Part shown: positions 62,187-64,000 of the stretch, one piece after another
Layout of the letters: every line of letters starts with the position of its first letter
Numbering within the stretch: position 1 is the first letter of the stretch
From: an uncultured Candidatus Saccharibacteria bacterium
GTDB taxonomy: Bacteria; Patescibacteriota; Minisyncoccia; Phycocordibacterales; UBA2100
Length of the DNA stretch: 64,000 bases
Reading direction: 5' to 3'
Assembly: GCA_964586255.1 (NCBI GenBank)
Contig: CAZPGE010000004.1
Coordinates: 32,693-96,692 of the forward strand
Translations under genes and position numbers: made by a program
The notes under the pieces: model-generated
Database searches by the model: none
Told to the model about the DNA's origin: nothing
The model's input: only the letters and a program-made list of their open reading frames with translations

Positions 62187-64000
62187 ATGGACGACTTTGA
62201 GCAGGAGAAGATAGAGCGCTTACGAAGGGCGATGTATAGCCGGTCTCTCTCAGGGAATCTCAAAGAGCGTCCGCGCCGCGACTTTGCGGGCGTCGACCCA
62301 CTTGTAGGCGAAGACTGGGCGGAAGACGATGAGCCTCTTTCAGGTTCGCGTGTGGCGCCGCGCGTCATCGGGTACACACGCAAAGCGCTGTGGTGGTTCT
62401 TGGGCGCATCGATAGCATTTTTTATCGTTGCCCTCGGATTCTTCGTGTACTACTTCACGCTCGGTGGCGGAAGTGCCGCAGCTGCACCCGGAAATATAGA
62501 CATCACGATTTCAGGCCCACCGCAGATTGCGAGCGGGGAACCTACGAAACTTCAGGTTGAGGTGACCAACCGCAACAAAGTCTCACTCGAGCTCGCAGAC
62601 CTTATCATCACGTATCCTGATGGTACGCGTTCACCGCTCGACTTCCAGACCGACTTTCCAAGCCAACGCATCACACTCGGCTCAATCGAGCCGGGAGGTC
62701 GCAGGCAGGGCACCGTCACCGCCGTATTTTCGGGTGAGAGTGGTGTCGCGGAACAAGTGCATGTGGAGCTTGAATACCGCGTGCAAGGCTCGAGCGCGAT
62801 ATTTGTCGCTAAAGAGGATTACAGTCTTGTGCTCAGTACATCGCCAATTACACTTTCAATCGACGGCAACACACAGACGACATCCGGCCAGCCAGTACAA
62901 TTCACCATCAATGCATCCTCTAATGCGAGTGCGCCTCTTCGCGATGTGCTCGTGAGTGTCGCGTACCCGTTTGGTTTTAAATTCACCTCGTCGACGCCGG
63001 CCCCCGTCGGACAAGGTCTCTGGGCGATAGGCGATCTTGCACCAGGAGAGAGGAAGTCGATATTTGTAAGTGGCGTGCTCTCGGGTGAGAGTGGCGATGA
63101 GCGGGTCTTCCGCATCACGACGGGGACCCGTCCTTCTGCTGACGTGACGACGATTTCCAACGTGCTGGCCACCAATTCGTACGAGGTGCAGATATCGCAG
63201 GCGTTCTTGGGTCTTGCGGTGACGGTCAATAAGCAGAGCGGCTCAAACGTCGTCGCTGCGCCGAGTGAAAACGTGCTTGTCACCGTCTCGTACCAAAACA
63301 ATCTCTCCACTGAGATAACTGATGCCATCGTCGTCGCTCGGCTTACCGGGCTCTCTATTGATGGCGCATCGGTGCATTCGATAGACGGATTCTATCGCTC
63401 CACCGACGAGACGGTCTTGTGGGACAAAACGACAACGGGTGGTGCACTTGCGTCACTTGCACCGGGCGCAAAGGGGACGCTGTCGTTTTCTTTTCAAATG
63501 CCCTCTAACGAAGAGCTCAAAAATATTGTAAATCCCAAGCTCTCACTTAGTATCAATGCTGCGGGCAAACGTGTTTCTGAGAGCGGCGTCCCGCAAAGTC
63601 TCCAATCGGCAGTGCGACAGGACGTGAAGCTCGCCTCTGACCTTCAGCTCAACGCGCAGGGGCTCTACTATGCAAACCCATTTGGTTCTACGGGCCCGAT
63701 ACCTCCAAAGGCCGGTACCGAGACCACCTATGCGCTCGTACTCACTATCACCAATACCACCAACAAGCTCACGGGCGCGAAAGTGACCGCGGCGCTCCCT
63801 TCGTATGTGCGATGGATTGGCTCGTATGCTCCGGCAAGCGAACAGCTCAAATTTAATGAGACAGACGGAACGTTTACGTGGACAATCGGAGATATCGGGG
63901 AGAATGTAGGAGTCGGAGGCAATCAGCCGAAACAAATTGCCATCGGCATTGCGCTGACCCCATCGACCAGTCAGATAGGACAGCAGCCGGCTTTGTTGCA
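62187..64000 (+). CDS. large cell-surface protein with repeated CARDB/DUF11-like beta-sandwich modules (partial; continues beyond the window end)
   Basis: ATG at 62187 and an open frame to nt 64000, checked codon by codon. N-terminal TM 'ALWWFLGASIAFFIVALGFFVYYF'. Repeated 'LAPGERKSIFVSGVL' and 'LAPGAKGTLSFSFQM'-type motifs. Not in the ORF track because no stop lies in the window. Confidence 0.55.
   Translation, partial: MDDFEQEKIERLRRAMYSRSLSGNLKERPRRDFAGVDPLVGEDWAEDDEPLSGSRVAPRVIGYTRKALWWFLGASIAFFIVALGFFVYYFTLGGGSAAAAPGNIDITISGPPQIASGEPTKLQVEVTNRNKVSLELADLIITYPDGTRSPLDFQTDFPSQRITLGSIEPGGRRQGTVTAVFSGESGVAEQVHVELEYRVQGSSAIFVAKEDYSLVLSTSPITLSIDGNTQTTSGQPVQFTINASSNASAPLRDVLVSVAYPFGFKFTSSTPAPVGQGLWAIGDLAPGERKSIFVSGVLSGESGDERVFRITTGTRPSADVTTISNVLATNSYEVQISQAFLGLAVTVNKQSGSNVVAAPSENVLVTVSYQNNLSTEITDAIVVARLTGLSIDGASVHSIDGFYRSTDETVLWDKTTTGGALASLAPGAKGTLSFSFQMPSNEELKNIVNPKLSLSINAAGKRVSESGVPQSLQSAVRQDVKLASDLQLNAQGLYYANPFGSTGPIPPKAGTETTYALVLTITNTTNKLTGAKVTAALPSYVRWIGSYAPASEQLKFNETDGTFTWTIGDIGENVGVGGNQPKQIAIGIALTPSTSQIGQQPALL

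Noticed and set aside
1-64000. CRISPR arrays
   Set aside because: No regularly spaced short direct repeats were seen anywhere in the window. The only notable direct repeat is the single 38-bp pilB-end duplication.

Overview
The window is a 64-kb, gene-dense chromosomal segment from a bacterium with about 55-58% GC overall. Local composition varies markedly between regions. It spans the replication origin, with rpmH-rnpA-yidC-jag on the minus strand facing dnaA-dnaN on the plus strand. DnaA-box-like repeats lie in both intergenic spaces flanking dnaA. Housekeeping content includes PBP1A, ruvC, ruvB, ruvA, pilB, tsaE, polA, a holA-like gene, uppP, a Mur ligase, rpsT, riboflavin genes, ruvX, pilM/N/O, rplS, secE-nusG-rplK, tmk, argS, a type-2 ileS, recO and seven tRNAs. 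Gene content and layout point to an ultra-small, Patescibacteria (CPR)-like genome, but this is inference. The supporting signs are a short YidC, a short YebC, rplK with no rplA after it, an archaeal-type RibL next to a monofunctional riboflavin kinase, and many Cys-rich surface proteins. Features worth a second look: (a) a 5'-truncated T4SS-like operon (VirB4-like ATPase, secreted protein, TolB-like propeller, VirB2/TrbC-like pilin); (b) two tandem paralogous small genes that share a conserved promoter/leader hairpin and each have their own terminator; (c) a high-GC island inserted at the pilB 3' end, flanked by a 38-bp duplication of the pilB terminus; (d) a high-GC HD-domain (p)ppGpp-hydrolase-like gene; (e) a two-subunit ATP-citrate lyase (aclBA); (f) structured GC-rich elements beside tRNA-His, tRNA-Leu and tRNA-Lys, including inverted copies of tRNA 3' ends and perfect 20-bp palindromes; (g) an AT-rich GIY-YIG gene beside tRNA-Ser; (h) paralogous Cys-rich surface proteins, one carrying a CAG/CAA poly-Q tract. 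Non-ORF coordinates were anchored to ORF-track positions where possible and may be off by 1-2 nt.
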